This document shows, in pieces, positions 1 through 12,300 of a stretch of DNA of 64,000 bases. The notes beneath the pieces are model-generated. The model worked only from the letters and a program-made list of their open reading frames with translations. It was not told where the DNA came from and ran no database searches. Source of the DNA: Pavona decussata (Eukaryota); the NCBI GenBank assembly GCA_977016875.1, contig CDRNST010000104.1:3658001-3722000 (forward strand). Direction: 5' to 3'. The position numbers and the translations under genes are program-made. The stretch's first letter is position 1; every line of letters begins with the position of its first letter.

Positions 1-80
1 TTTTTCTACGACCCTTACTGATAAAATTAGCTCAAACAGGTTTCGAAGTAAGCCCCATCAACCGAATAAGAAACTGATAC

Positions 81-221
81 CTGATATTACTGTGATGTAA
101 GATTTTGAGGCATATCTTTTCAGAGGACGCTTGAGTCAAAAACGTGCCACTGAACGGCGTCTAAATTTGCATTTCACGCCCACAAAGGCGTGAGAGAAAG
201 GAGGGGCTTGCCCTTTTATAG
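81..221 (-). promoter_or_regulatory. TATA box + initiator and candidate first exon of the next minus-strand gene (body outside window)
   Basis: Minus CTATAAAAGGG (221-211), pyrimidine-rich CTTTCTCTCA Inr ~29 nt downstream (~191), CAG|GTATCA donor at 80; CpG-rich region. Confidence 0.5.
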
Positions 222-859
222 CAGAACTTCTTGTTTAAAATAAACAATGTATGCCTTTCTTTTTTCTAAAATTGATGTGTGGTTACCCCTTATTCCAGTA
301 ACCCTTGCTTTTCCCGCACAGTCACAATGCATACCTCCCCCCACCCCCCAAAAAAAGTTTCAGTCGGAATCGAGGCCTGCACAGAACGTATGCGCAGTCC
401 AAAAAGGAGGGACCGTCTATGAATACTTCACCTGTTCCCACATCGGATTCTGAAGAAGATAAATTGAGGAGAAACTCTTCTGTGCGGTTTCACTGGATAG
501 TTTCTATAACCGGGAAAAACCTTACGAAAACTTACCTCGTGCAACGTAAGCATGATCTGCTTTGAAAAAAAAAAAAAAAAAAAACTCCGTGTCGCATTAA
601 GAAAGAAAACAATTCATCCCAAGAAGATGAAAGCCTGAGTAACGTGAAATTTTTCGTTACATTATCACTTGATCAAACATGACATGTCTTGATATTTGAA
701 CAAATTCTCTCAACTAGGATCATACGAATTATAGAGAAAACATTAAGGAGAATGTGCATGTTGGTGTCCAGATTTAAAGGGTTCGTAATAATTGGAACTT
801 TGTTGGGCACCTCAGGAAATATGAAAAGTGAACCACCCCTCCCACAACAAAAACACAAA

Positions 860-3246
860 TCAATCACGTGACTTGCCTGGTCTTTATTTGTTATAAAATT
901 TAGATATAGAATATCTACACATACAGGCGGCTTACGACTATCATAGCCTTCTTCGTAAGAATTTGTTCTTTACTACTCAACTGTAGTTGTAAACTTTTAG
1001 GTTATAAATAAGTATAAAATCTACTTTGCTCACAGCACAACATGGAAGAAGAGAAAACATACAGAAACGGGTTCACTAACATGATGACATATCGAACACG
1101 CATCAAACGAATACACAACCCCAAACGATGAACGGTAACGTTTACTTGCGAACGGTATATAAACGAAGCGATTCAAATAATTTTTATACCATGTCTACGT
1201 CTCGCGACCGAAAGAAAACGAAAACAGATTCCCTTTTAAAATATCATGATTCCAGTTTTTTCACAGTGGCAATAAAGTGCTGTTATTATCGATAATTCGT
1301 CAATTCAATGTCAATGCTAAGTACAGTACAGTACTGCTACAAAATAATCATTTCACTAACATACTGGGTCAAAGGCTTAAAACTCTTTAAAGACTCCCCG
1401 AGGAGAGAGTTTTGCTACAAATAATACCATTTTTTCTCCTGGTCTGTATTTACAGCCGCTAAATCATATCTTAGATATACAATATTTATAGTTATATAAA
1501 TACACGTTAACTTTGATTATGTACATTGGCACATGCATAAACTCTTACTTCGTTTTGAGGTTTGGTCTTCATAATCTAGTGTTCGCTTATAGCCATGATC
1601 TTAATGTGTTAAGTGAATTTAGTTTTCACGATTTTGAAAACAGGAAGTCAGCAAAGGTATGTTAGTCTGAGAAATCTCGAAGACAATGAGCAGTAAAAAG
1701 AAAAAAAAAAAAAAAAGCAGAACACTACCACAAATTTGTTTTGAAAAAATATTCAAAAGTTTTAGACAGTTTGGAATAAGTTTCAAGATGACACAATTGA
1801 CAACTGGATGTAAACAACACTAAACGCTCCCCACCCACCCCACCCCCAAAAAAGGCATTTCCCAAAGAATATATATTCCTTAAAAACATTGGCACGGTAA
1901 GAGTTGTGGAATACAAACAAGCAAAACAACGAGATGGGACATACAGGTGAAAGTAATTTAGGAAAGGTACAAAAGAATCAAAACAGATGTTAGTAAAAAA
2001 AAAAAAAACCTGAAATCAATTTTTTTTTTCACCATCGAGAAATCAATAAAGATATAAATAGCCAAATTGGATAAGTAACATTCATGGCAATCTAGCATAA
2101 TAGCTCATATTCTTCTGTCTCTTCGCCTTTGAGACCAGATAGGAGTTTCCAAACACCAGAGACTGCTTTCAAAAAGAGGTTCCTTATAGTTCACTTAGAG
2201 AATAACTAAGGATAAATCAACAAATACAAGGAAAAAGCTAACATAATGACTGAGAATAAATTTGATTAATAGGCTAGATTGTTACAACATTCATGAAGCA
2301 AGTATATGCTTCCTAGATCAACATCTACACTTGTAACTTCCAAACAAATATATTCCTAGCGACTATAAATTAAAACTAGAAATTATTCCTAAAATAACTT
2401 TAATATGATCTTTCTAGTTTTCATGTTGATACATTTTTCATGACCCTACTTGAACTAAAATTGTTACATCCCTCTAATAAAAAAAAAAGACAAAAACGTT
2501 AAACTAATACTAATGTTCTCTACTACACGTTTACAGATGGGGATGCCCCTTTTAATTTATTTATGCATATATTATAGCATTTACTAAATGTATTCCAAAT
2601 GTTGGAATAATAATTGCTTCTCTCCATTACACATGATGTGCATGGTATAAAAATGTTCTGCTCTCTGTAATATTCACATAAGGCAAACTTCACTTTAGCC
2701 TGTCCTTTGCATAATAAAATTATTAACCCTAAGTTTCACGGTTTCTAGACCACTATATTAAGATATCTTAAGCTGCTTCACTTTTAAAAACATGCTGCCT
2801 TTACCCAGAGGATAAAAACTATGCCACTGCTGAGAAATCTCTGCCTTGGCTTGTTATAAAGAATCATAGGATAAGTTAAGAATTGTATATATAAAAAAAA
2901 AAAAAAAAAATTTGAAAAGAATTGTTACAATGGGATCATAAAACAGTGAAATCAAAAGCAGAAAAGAAGTCGTGAGTAAAATTTTGATCAGAAATTTCAA
3001 TCTCTACAACTGAAAAATCCAGAGGCAGAACTCCATCACATTTAAAAGCCATTTACAGCAATTATGTATTGTCACTTCCAGCTTAACTGGACATGGTATA
3101 TTTCTATACAATACAACCAACAATGTGTATGGCATACCGTACGTATTATTCACTTAATATGACTTCCGTGTTTGATTTGCATGTAGCTAAGTACAAAATT
3201 CATAGCATGGCCCTTTACTTGAACAAGTTTGAACTTCATCTATCCG
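860..3246 (-). other. ZMIZ1: Probable ZMIZ1 3'UTR (~2.4 kb) and polyadenylation site
   Basis: AATAAA on minus at 883-888 followed by a GU/U-rich element (minus GATTGATTTGTGTTTTTGTTGT, ~843-865); U-tract-rich noncoding sequence between stop and signal. Confidence 0.55.
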
Positions 3247-3339
3247 TCACTCGAACATGGACAGTATGTCTTCGCTAGGAAGGTCGGAAGGCGTCAAGTA
3301 GTTAAAAAGTTCTTCTGGGTCGAGTGTGCCAGGTAAAAC
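3247..3339 (-). CDS. ZMIZ1: ZMIZ1 terminal coding exon
   Basis: [33 protein letters not shown]; resembles the ZMIZ acidic C-terminus ([21 protein letters not shown]...LLSLFE, human sequence from memory). Confidence 0.92.
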   Translation of the reverse strand, partial: VLPGTLDPEELFNYLTPSDLPSEDILSMFE

Positions 3340-6300
3340 CTGCAAAAGTTAAAATTGGTATGTCAGCACTGTAGATAAGTGCTTAGCTCTATTCAGCCAG
3401 CTCTCTGTCCAATTTGAAGGATTGGTCAAGTTGGTCCTTCATTTTACTTCAAAATGATGCATGCACCACTTTTAGAGTGTGCCATTTTGGATTGGTCTGG
3501 CCAGCCCATTCTAAAAAATGGAAAGTGCTCTAGTCTATACATAAAATCCTGTAATATGACCCGTGAAATGGAAACTGTTGAGCAATAAGCTTGTGAAGAT
3601 GTTCAATATTAAAGAGGGTAGCTGGATGAAAATTTTACCTGTGAACAATTCAATAAGACTTTCCTCTTGTTCAATTTACCATGCTAAAGGAATGGCTTTC
3701 AATTTTGAGACTATGGATACAAAGCTAAGATGTAGTCATTCCAGTTACTGAATAGAAACCTTGTTAAAAAAAAAAACTTACATCCAAAGCGCCTTCCACT
3801 CCATCTGCCCCACCGCCATGATCACCTTCCAGGACACCAAAGTTAAACTCATCTGGCAGGTTGTCGTGTTCAAGGTCAGCTGCGATACTGTCTGCATTTC
3901 CTGACACAGGGGCCTGAGGAAGGCCTGGCGTGTGTTGCGCCCTGTCTGCCGCACCCTTTTGACCACTGGAATGATTGTTCCCAGGGGTCTGGGGAGTGGC
4001 TGGGCCGCGGGTGTTGTTAACGCTTTGGGTAGTGGCTTGACTAGTGACTGGGCTAGGAGTCATCTTATCGCCTGTAACACAAGATGGACAAACAACTGTA
4101 AACTAGCAGTTCAACAAGAGCCTTTATTATAGTAACAATGATGTATACACAGCAGAGGAGAGAAATACCAGTACAACTGTTCAGCATTGATATATAATGA
4201 ATTGCCCTACATAAAGTCACTGGTATTCATGTCACAAGGTTGAGAATCCTTATGCGGACATGAACAAATGACAATAATAAGAGAAGACTATTTTTGTTTA
4301 CAAGAACTTTTTGTCAAGTTAATTCCTATGCTGTCTGCACATCAGAACATCTGGGATGAGTTGCATAAAACTTAACGGCGGGCATAAATGCTATCGTCAG
4401 ACGTTAAAGTACTGAATGTGACTGGGATGAAAGTCAACGTTAAATTTTATGCAACTCACCCCAGGTTAGTAAACACAAACATTATCATTATAGACTGATT
4501 ATTTATTTAAAAGTGTGAGCCATTAAATTTTTAATTCCAAAGGACCTGAACTGAATCATAACAGTCTCAATCAAAACATTTAACTATGTTCCTAGGGCTT
4601 GAGATTCACAGTAGCCAACTAGCCACAGACTAGTAAAAATTAAGTTTCAGTTGGAAAGTTTTGCTCTTTCACTACGCAAGGTCAAATAAAAATGAAAATT
4701 ATTTACGTGAATTGAAAGATGAGACTGTTGGTGGATTTTTAGACTTCACTGCTTAATTAACACAATAAGTTGAAACAGCCAAAAAGGACTCAAAAGATTC
4801 ACTTTTCGAATTTTTCTGTTACAAAAGCGTCAAACGCAGAATCCGCTTTATGCCACATGTGAATGAAAAGTTTGTTTTGTTAGTAAAATCAGGCCTGTAA
4901 CTAGCCACTGCACTGGTGAACTTAAAGTTAGTCTTGAGATTTTAAACAACTCACCACTGGGTGTAGTTGATGCCTGAGTAGTTCCTACACTACTACTGTT
5001 TTGCTCTGGCAACTGACCACCCACAGAAGAACTGTGCATCTCTGGAGGTGTCCGTCCAGGAGGGGTCGGTGTACCCATACCAGGGTTTGATGGTGGCTGT
5101 GTTTGGTACGGTGAGTAGTGTCCACTGCTGCTTTGAGATGTGGGTGTCCGGACACCGGACAGTGGCAGTGAATCTGGTGGGGATGGACGCGCCTTCTTAG
5201 TGGGCTGTGGTCCCTGGCATTCTTCATCTTTTGGTTCTTGCTTGACTGGTACAGGCTTCCATTGGCTGTTTGGGTCGATTGTTACTTCCTCTACGTCAGT
5301 ACTGAAACAAGACCAAAAAAAGCTGCATTTAGTGTGGAATATAGTATTTGTACCAAAACTAACATTTGTTGTTGTTGTCTCTTTTCTTTCTTGACACATG
5401 TATTATCAGTTAGGCATAGAAATCGTTTGTGCAAGATTCACCATCAATGAAAAGCTTTAAATCTGTAATGACTTGACGGATAAACACGACTGCAACAAGG
5501 CTGTAACTAGCTCTAAAGCAATATGGGCAAAATTGATGTTAATGAGACAGGAATTGAGACAAATAATGTTAGTCTCCAGAGCATTATGGCAGCCTTGCTT
5601 TTGGACCACTTTTGGAGAACATAAAATAAAGATTGCCTGTCACAGTAATAGTCTTGTTTTACTGATGACATCTATATAATTTGTAAAATGGTAACAATAG
5701 CAACCACCTGGAAGTTGTAAGGATTCCCCACATGAACTGATCTACTTCAAGTCCTTCCAGGAGGGCAACTTTGCTGCAAAGCAAAATAATGAAACATTGT
5801 TAACTACTAAGATCAAGCGAAGTTTATCTTTATTTCTTACAAATAGAGGCGTAGCCACTTAACACTAGTTTCAAACATGTATGAAAAGTTGCTCTTATTT
5901 TTACCCAACATTACACTCTATCAAACGCAGTCAAATCACCATGCACAAACACAACAACCTGGATGCATAGCCACTTGATACTAATTTCAACCATGTACGC
6001 TCTGCTTAAAAAAAGTTGCTCTCATTTTTGCCTGCATCAAACACAGCTGACATACCATGTATAAAAGTCATCAGGTATTATGTACAAAAAACTAGATACT
6101 CACCTACAAACTGGACATTTCCAGCTTCCTCTTTCACAGTTAAGTCTCAAATATGATTCTAAATCAAAACACTGAAGGAATAAACAACAAAAATGAGACT
6201 GTGCAACTTCAAGGAAAACAAGTTTTATAATTTATCCTAAGAAAACTGTTGACATTAAAAATAATAATGAAGACAATCACGAAAGGAAATATGGAAATTT

Positions 6301-9300
6301 ACCTGAATATGTTTACAATCGTGTCCTCTGGCTGGTAGAGTTATTCTTCTGAAGGTGATTGGACATTTTAGGGACACTTTGATGGCGGTTTGTTCTACAC
6401 TGTCATCAGTGCTGCCAGCAGCAGACGAACATAATGAGAAGTTTCTCTTGACTAAAGATGAAAGCAAATGACATCAAAAAAATTAAAACACATACAACAT
6501 ACATATAAAAGTCAATATAAAAGTCAATAGAAAAATATTGACTATTTTGATGAGCCAATTTCAGGAGACTGCGCTTACTTTTAGTGATACAATGCTCAGC
6601 AGGTAGAAGCCGTTTACGTAGCAAGCTTTGTAAAACAGAGCTAACAGACGGTCTATGAACCAGCTGAAGAACGAAAAGATGTGACTGAAAAAAAAAAGGA
6701 GAAAACAAGCTTAGCAAAAAGTCACTGATGAACTCCATAAATTGGACACAAATAGAGCTTATCATTGTTGTTTGTACTTACACAACAGCACGCTGTCACC
6801 GTTATCTGAATGGTATTCCTTCCTGGTTTACAAACGTTCTTCAGATGAAGAGGTTTGTGTGAGGTTTTGTTATCCCCTTGCTGAAATAAATATGGAAAAC
6901 AGGAAATCAATAAAAACTTATTTTGTGTGATAACTTGAGAGAAAATACAACACATTGTAAGATGTGATGTGAAAGTCCCTGCACCATAATATTCCCAGTA
7001 TTTACATGTAGTATCACAAAGAACCACAAATACAGTGCACTAGTGTTCTCTGTCAACATTGATATGGTCATAAAAACTAATTGCCTGCCAGTAGCAGTAG
7101 CACATCAGAGCAAAAGAATTAATTTCTGACAAAAGAGCAGGGCTAACATCAGCTACAAATTACTAAAGAAAGTGTCTCAAATTGTTTTCATCTCTGGAGA
7201 GTCATTCAACTTTAATAAAGTTGCCAGTCTCACCAGGTGCTGACTACATGTACTTACACTTAGGACAATCTTGTTTTGTAGTCGGCTAGTTTGAATTTTG
7301 GACACATTTTCAATTTCGATTTGAAATGAACAACCGGCTAACTAACCAAGGGTTACAAGAAGTTGCAGTATTCTGATTTCGTGTGGAAATTTTACATTTG
7401 AAGAGACAATCAGGAAACTCACCCTTTCGATCATGAGGGGATTAGCGTTCACACTGACTGTCACTGACGCTGGCCAGTTGGTATACATCTGCTTATCTTC
7501 ATGATGATAGCACTTAAACTGAAGCTCAAGATCAGGTCTGGGGAGGAAACACAAGGAGACAGTGAGAATAACTGCAAAAGGTAGAGAGGATGAGACAGAG
7601 AAGACATTCAGAGTTGGCCATCAGCAAATCTCACGTAACTCATTGCCATCTGTGCTTTGGACAGAAAACTAAGTGTGAGGGTAATTTGATAGGCACAAAG
7701 TCATCAAAAAGCCAACCAAGCTGATTTTTAAGTGACACCCTAAGAAGTCATGCTTTACATCTGCACACTGTATGTTTTCCTCTTGTGTCATTGTTTGTAA
7801 TGTTACGATTTTTGTTTGAAGTTACACCGTAGCATCATAAAGGTAAAAGACACAGGAATTAAAAGGAATTTGTTCACATGAAATATATACATGATTAGGA
7901 GGAGATGTAGTTTTCTCATCTCAGATAAAGGTAGGTGTAACAGCCCTAACTGCCATGTTTGAACATCCTGGTAAACTTACCTCATCATGAGTGTCTGGTG
8001 AACAGAATCTCGCAGATGGAAAACGTGATTACTGACGGCTAAATTGTGCTCCAGTCTGAATGGAGCGAGTACAATACCATCTCGTACGGGAAAGGTTAGT
8101 CTTATCACATCATTTTCACCTGATGAAAATAAGTAAATAAAATAAGTTCTAAGCAAGAAAACCTACCCAGATAACATAATAGATACTTAACAGGAAGCAA
8201 ACTCTTCCATCTCTGCTTCTTTTGATTTGCCGGATTATAATTACTACTGGTGCTAGAAATATCAAATGGTCATCTGACATTGCCCAACCACAGTTCAAAA
8301 ATGTCCAATTAATAAATGTATTTGCCTGGACCCAGTGTCTGTGTACAAAAATGACTCAGAACTTTAACTGTCTAAAAATTTATAATCTCATTATAACAGG
8401 TTACATTCAGCACACTAAGTCACACTTCAACATCGTCTGCAAAATTTTCTCAACTTGATTTACTTGAGTTATAAGTTGCCAAATTGTCATGTTTTTGGAG
8501 ATCAAATTATAGTTTAGAAAGATGGGGCCATTTTCATGTCATTTGATAGAAATGTCACACTTTAGAATATAACAGAACAGACCTTCCGAGCGATAACTGT
8601 CTGATATACTCACTATTTAACCTCGGAGGCTTGATGTCCTCATAAGCCTGCGGTGACGCAGTAGTGGGAACAACTTGGGGCTTAATGTCGTAACAGTTTG
8701 AAGGATTATTACCGACGTCACTAATGCTCATGTAGGGACTTGGTATGGCTCCAGGTGTGACCGGTGGCGATAGAGCATTTGCCATGGGCGAGTTTTGGTA
8801 CTGCAGTTGGCTTTTGCGTCGCCTTGCCATGGGGCGTGTCCCTTGCTGCGGCACATGTGAGCTGTACATTCCCGCTTGAGGCACCTGGTTAATGGGCGAC
8901 ATTTGTGAGGCTTGCGGCATTTGCCCCATGGGGTTCATCTGCGACATCTGGCTCACTGCTCCCATAGGATTCATTTGGTTGATCTGTGGCCCCATCGGTT
9001 GGTTCAGCTGCCCTGCCGGCTGGGTCATGGAGTTTCCCTGCATCATCTGCCCCATCTGTTGGTTGATCTGTGACATGGGGCTCACGCTGGGTGTGTATGG
9101 TGGAGGTGGTGCAGCCTGCTGCTGGTAACCACCCTGTGCTGGATATGATGACGGGATTTGATACCCACCCTGCTGTAAAATAAAAGAACAAAGTTAGATT
9201 AAAGCATATACAGTTTTCACCACATAACAAACCTAACAAATTCACTCTTGGAAGGAACAGAAAACCATGGAAGACAGGCAAGCATAAGCATAAGCTGCGA

Positions 9301-12300
9301 CCTCGCATAAGCATAAATAAAGCATTATTCATTCTCTTGTGTGCATTCTTAAGATACGCTTAATACATTAACTACCAAAAGGAATGACTTAAGCATACAT
9401 GTATTTATATTCGGAACAGAGAAACAGCCTGCTCATCTCACTAGAACTGTGCCTACACTTGCACCAACAGTGAAAACTAGTCTTAAAAGAGAGATCCACT
9501 TATAAGAATGTGCTTACTCCATAAGGTCCAGAATACTGCTGTTTAAAGTGCTGCTGCATTTGTTGTTGTTGCTGTTGTTGCTGCTGCTGCTGTTGCATCT
9601 GTTGCTGTTGTTGCTGCTGCTGCTGCCTTCTCAACACAAATTCTTGCATATACTGTGCCCTGCTCATGCCAGAGGTGGGTTTCTGCATGCCTTGCTGCGT
9701 CCCATGTTGCTGCTGCTGTGAGAACGGCTGCTGGTATTGAGGAAAACTATTGCTGCGTTGGTAAGGGGGCGGTGGGTGCTGTGGGTGATTGGCTTGATTT
9801 GGATTCGGAGGATACTGGGTTTGCCCGGGAGGGAACCCATAATCTAAAAAACAAAACGATGGTAGATTAACTGTAGATCTAAGTTGACAATATAAAATAC
9901 TGAGAAAAGGTAGGTGGAAAAACCTACATTAAATGTGGTAAGAAGCAACCTTCCAAATTTCTTTCCATAAGGTACATGTTTTCACAAATGCACAAATCAA
10001 GAGATACACCAACAAAAGAGTATTACACTAAGATCGCAATCTCCTACTTCCGTTGGCTTAGTAGTAAAGGGCAGGACAAGTGCTTAGAGCATTGAGCTGT
10101 AGGAAACTTTACAAGCATCTATCTGATAAACAAAACAGTTCTCCCTATGACTTTAGGCACCTCTCAGCAGAGGTTTTATTAGAAGCTGGGTCACGGCACC
10201 TATTTAGTATGAACATGGTGACTGTCTTGAGAAAAGCCAGCCTAAACAAGACAAAATAATCAGTGGTATCACATGAACACCCTACTCTCAAAGATACAGT
10301 AGGCACCTCAAGCTCTAGACATCTCTGACATCAGGAGTGTCTGTAGCACAGGAAGTTCAGAGTATATAAAAGTTATACTGTATTCTCCTAATAACTTACC
10401 CATCTGCTGCTGATCCTGAAGGGCAGCAGTGGCTGTTGCAGTGGCAGTGGCTGTTGCTGTAGCAGCAGCTGCAGCAACTGCCGCTGCTGCTGCTGCAGCC
10501 GCTGGGTTGGCCGTCGCTTGTGGGAATGGGGATGCATTAGGTGGAACTGCATTCTGCTGCGAATAATAATGGCTGCTTCCTGGAGGGACAGTAGGTGTGG
10601 CTCCAGTAGCTGGGTAGCTGTTTTGCCGAGGGAGGTACTGAGCTGCAGAGGGTGTCTCTTGAGGAAGCCTGCTTCCCGTCCTTGCCGTGTAGCTTCCTGA
10701 AGAAAGCAATGCAAGAAATGTTTGTTAACATTAAAATATTGTGGTTGTGATGTTTACTTTTGAGAAATACATGATAAATCTGAAAATTTTTGAGTAAACA
10801 CCATGAATACATAATTCTAAGTTTCAGTGGATGAGATGAAGGCTGTTGACCAGAAGTACACTGTAAGCTTCAATAAACTAAATTAATTTTTTCCAATAGG
10901 TTGGCAAAGGAAATTTCTATTGTTTTTTTTTTTTTTTTAACTGGCCACTGCTTTAGGGCAAACAGCTTCCTGTCCAAGGACTTTAACAAAAAAAAAAAGA
11001 ACAAAAGTAAGTTTACCTTGTTGAGTATATGGTTTTGGATTTGCTGAAGTTGAGAGATACGGATGCCCCACAGAGTTAACAGTATTTGTAGTGGGAATTC
11101 CAGGATTGGAAGGATCATGCGTCATGTTGGCTGTTCCATTTGTCATGGATGATGTGACACCCCACACTGTCGTCACGACAGACAAGGACGGCTGCTGTTG
11201 ACCATGGCCTTGCGTAGTCTGTGGCCACATGACAGTTGATGCATCGCTATGAATATATAACACGTCAGCTGTTAGCAACATAAAACTAAACACAATTGTC
11301 AATTCAATGGCATAATAAAAATTTCTGTAACTTTTTGTCCCACAAAAACTTAAAAAAACTTGAGTCTCCTGCAATAGTCAATGCCATGATCAAAATTTTT
11401 ACAACACAGGTACTACTTTGGCCCTGGTAAACTTCACCAAATTTACCACTCATCTGTGAAGCATGAAGGAGGTAGTGTGGTCACATTAGAACATTAACAT
11501 AGTCAGTTAGTTTGCCCAGATTCTTCCTATGGGCAAGGGACTCAACAATAACATCACTGACTGCTGTGCAGAGGATCAGAGGAAAACTCTTTAAAAAATG
11601 CAGCTCCTCCTTGTTAGTGCAAACTATGCAAGTTTTTTCTCATTTCCCATGAGTTTAACGAGATGGTTACGCCAACTACAGCCGTAACTATCCAAACATC
11701 TTATTGAAAACTTACATAAAAGCTTGCATTGAAATGCAATATTATGTTTGCTGGCACCGGCAAAATGTAAGTGCTAGAACTGAGGATTTAAAAAGCAACG
11801 ATCTTTCCAAACTGAGTTGCAGGAAAGCATTCAAGCTTTATAAGACCAAGCTACTGAGAAAAGAATTTCAATATAATTTTCAGAATAATATTGAGGAGCT
11901 GTGATGAGACAAAGCAGATTTTTCCATCAATATCACTTAGATTTCACAACAGAACTTTCTAGATGTCAACCTTCATCATATCTAAAAATGTAAAACAAAA
12001 CAATACCAACAATATTGGTTTTGTGAAACACCGTATCCGGAATGACCGGCACAATAGGCAGAAATAATTTATCTCCAAATTAAAGGGCTGCATCAGCATG
12101 AACAATTTGCTCACAGTTTAATTTTTCTGAAGAAAACAATATGTAAAAGGCATTTTACCTTGACTGCTAACATTGGTAGATTAGAATTTTAATTGATGGC
12201 GTCAAAATCAACAGGCCAATTCATATACTCCTATTCTACACAGTAGATACTAGAGTTAATTTTTAATTTTTTTTAAAGAGTGTGATATGGGCATGCAGAC

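Noticed and set aside
335-555. Chain of tiny minus-strand exon candidates (MLTLHE/NPMWEQ/...)
   Set aside because: Very short introns, no recognisable protein, and it conflicts with the TATA promoter at ~220.
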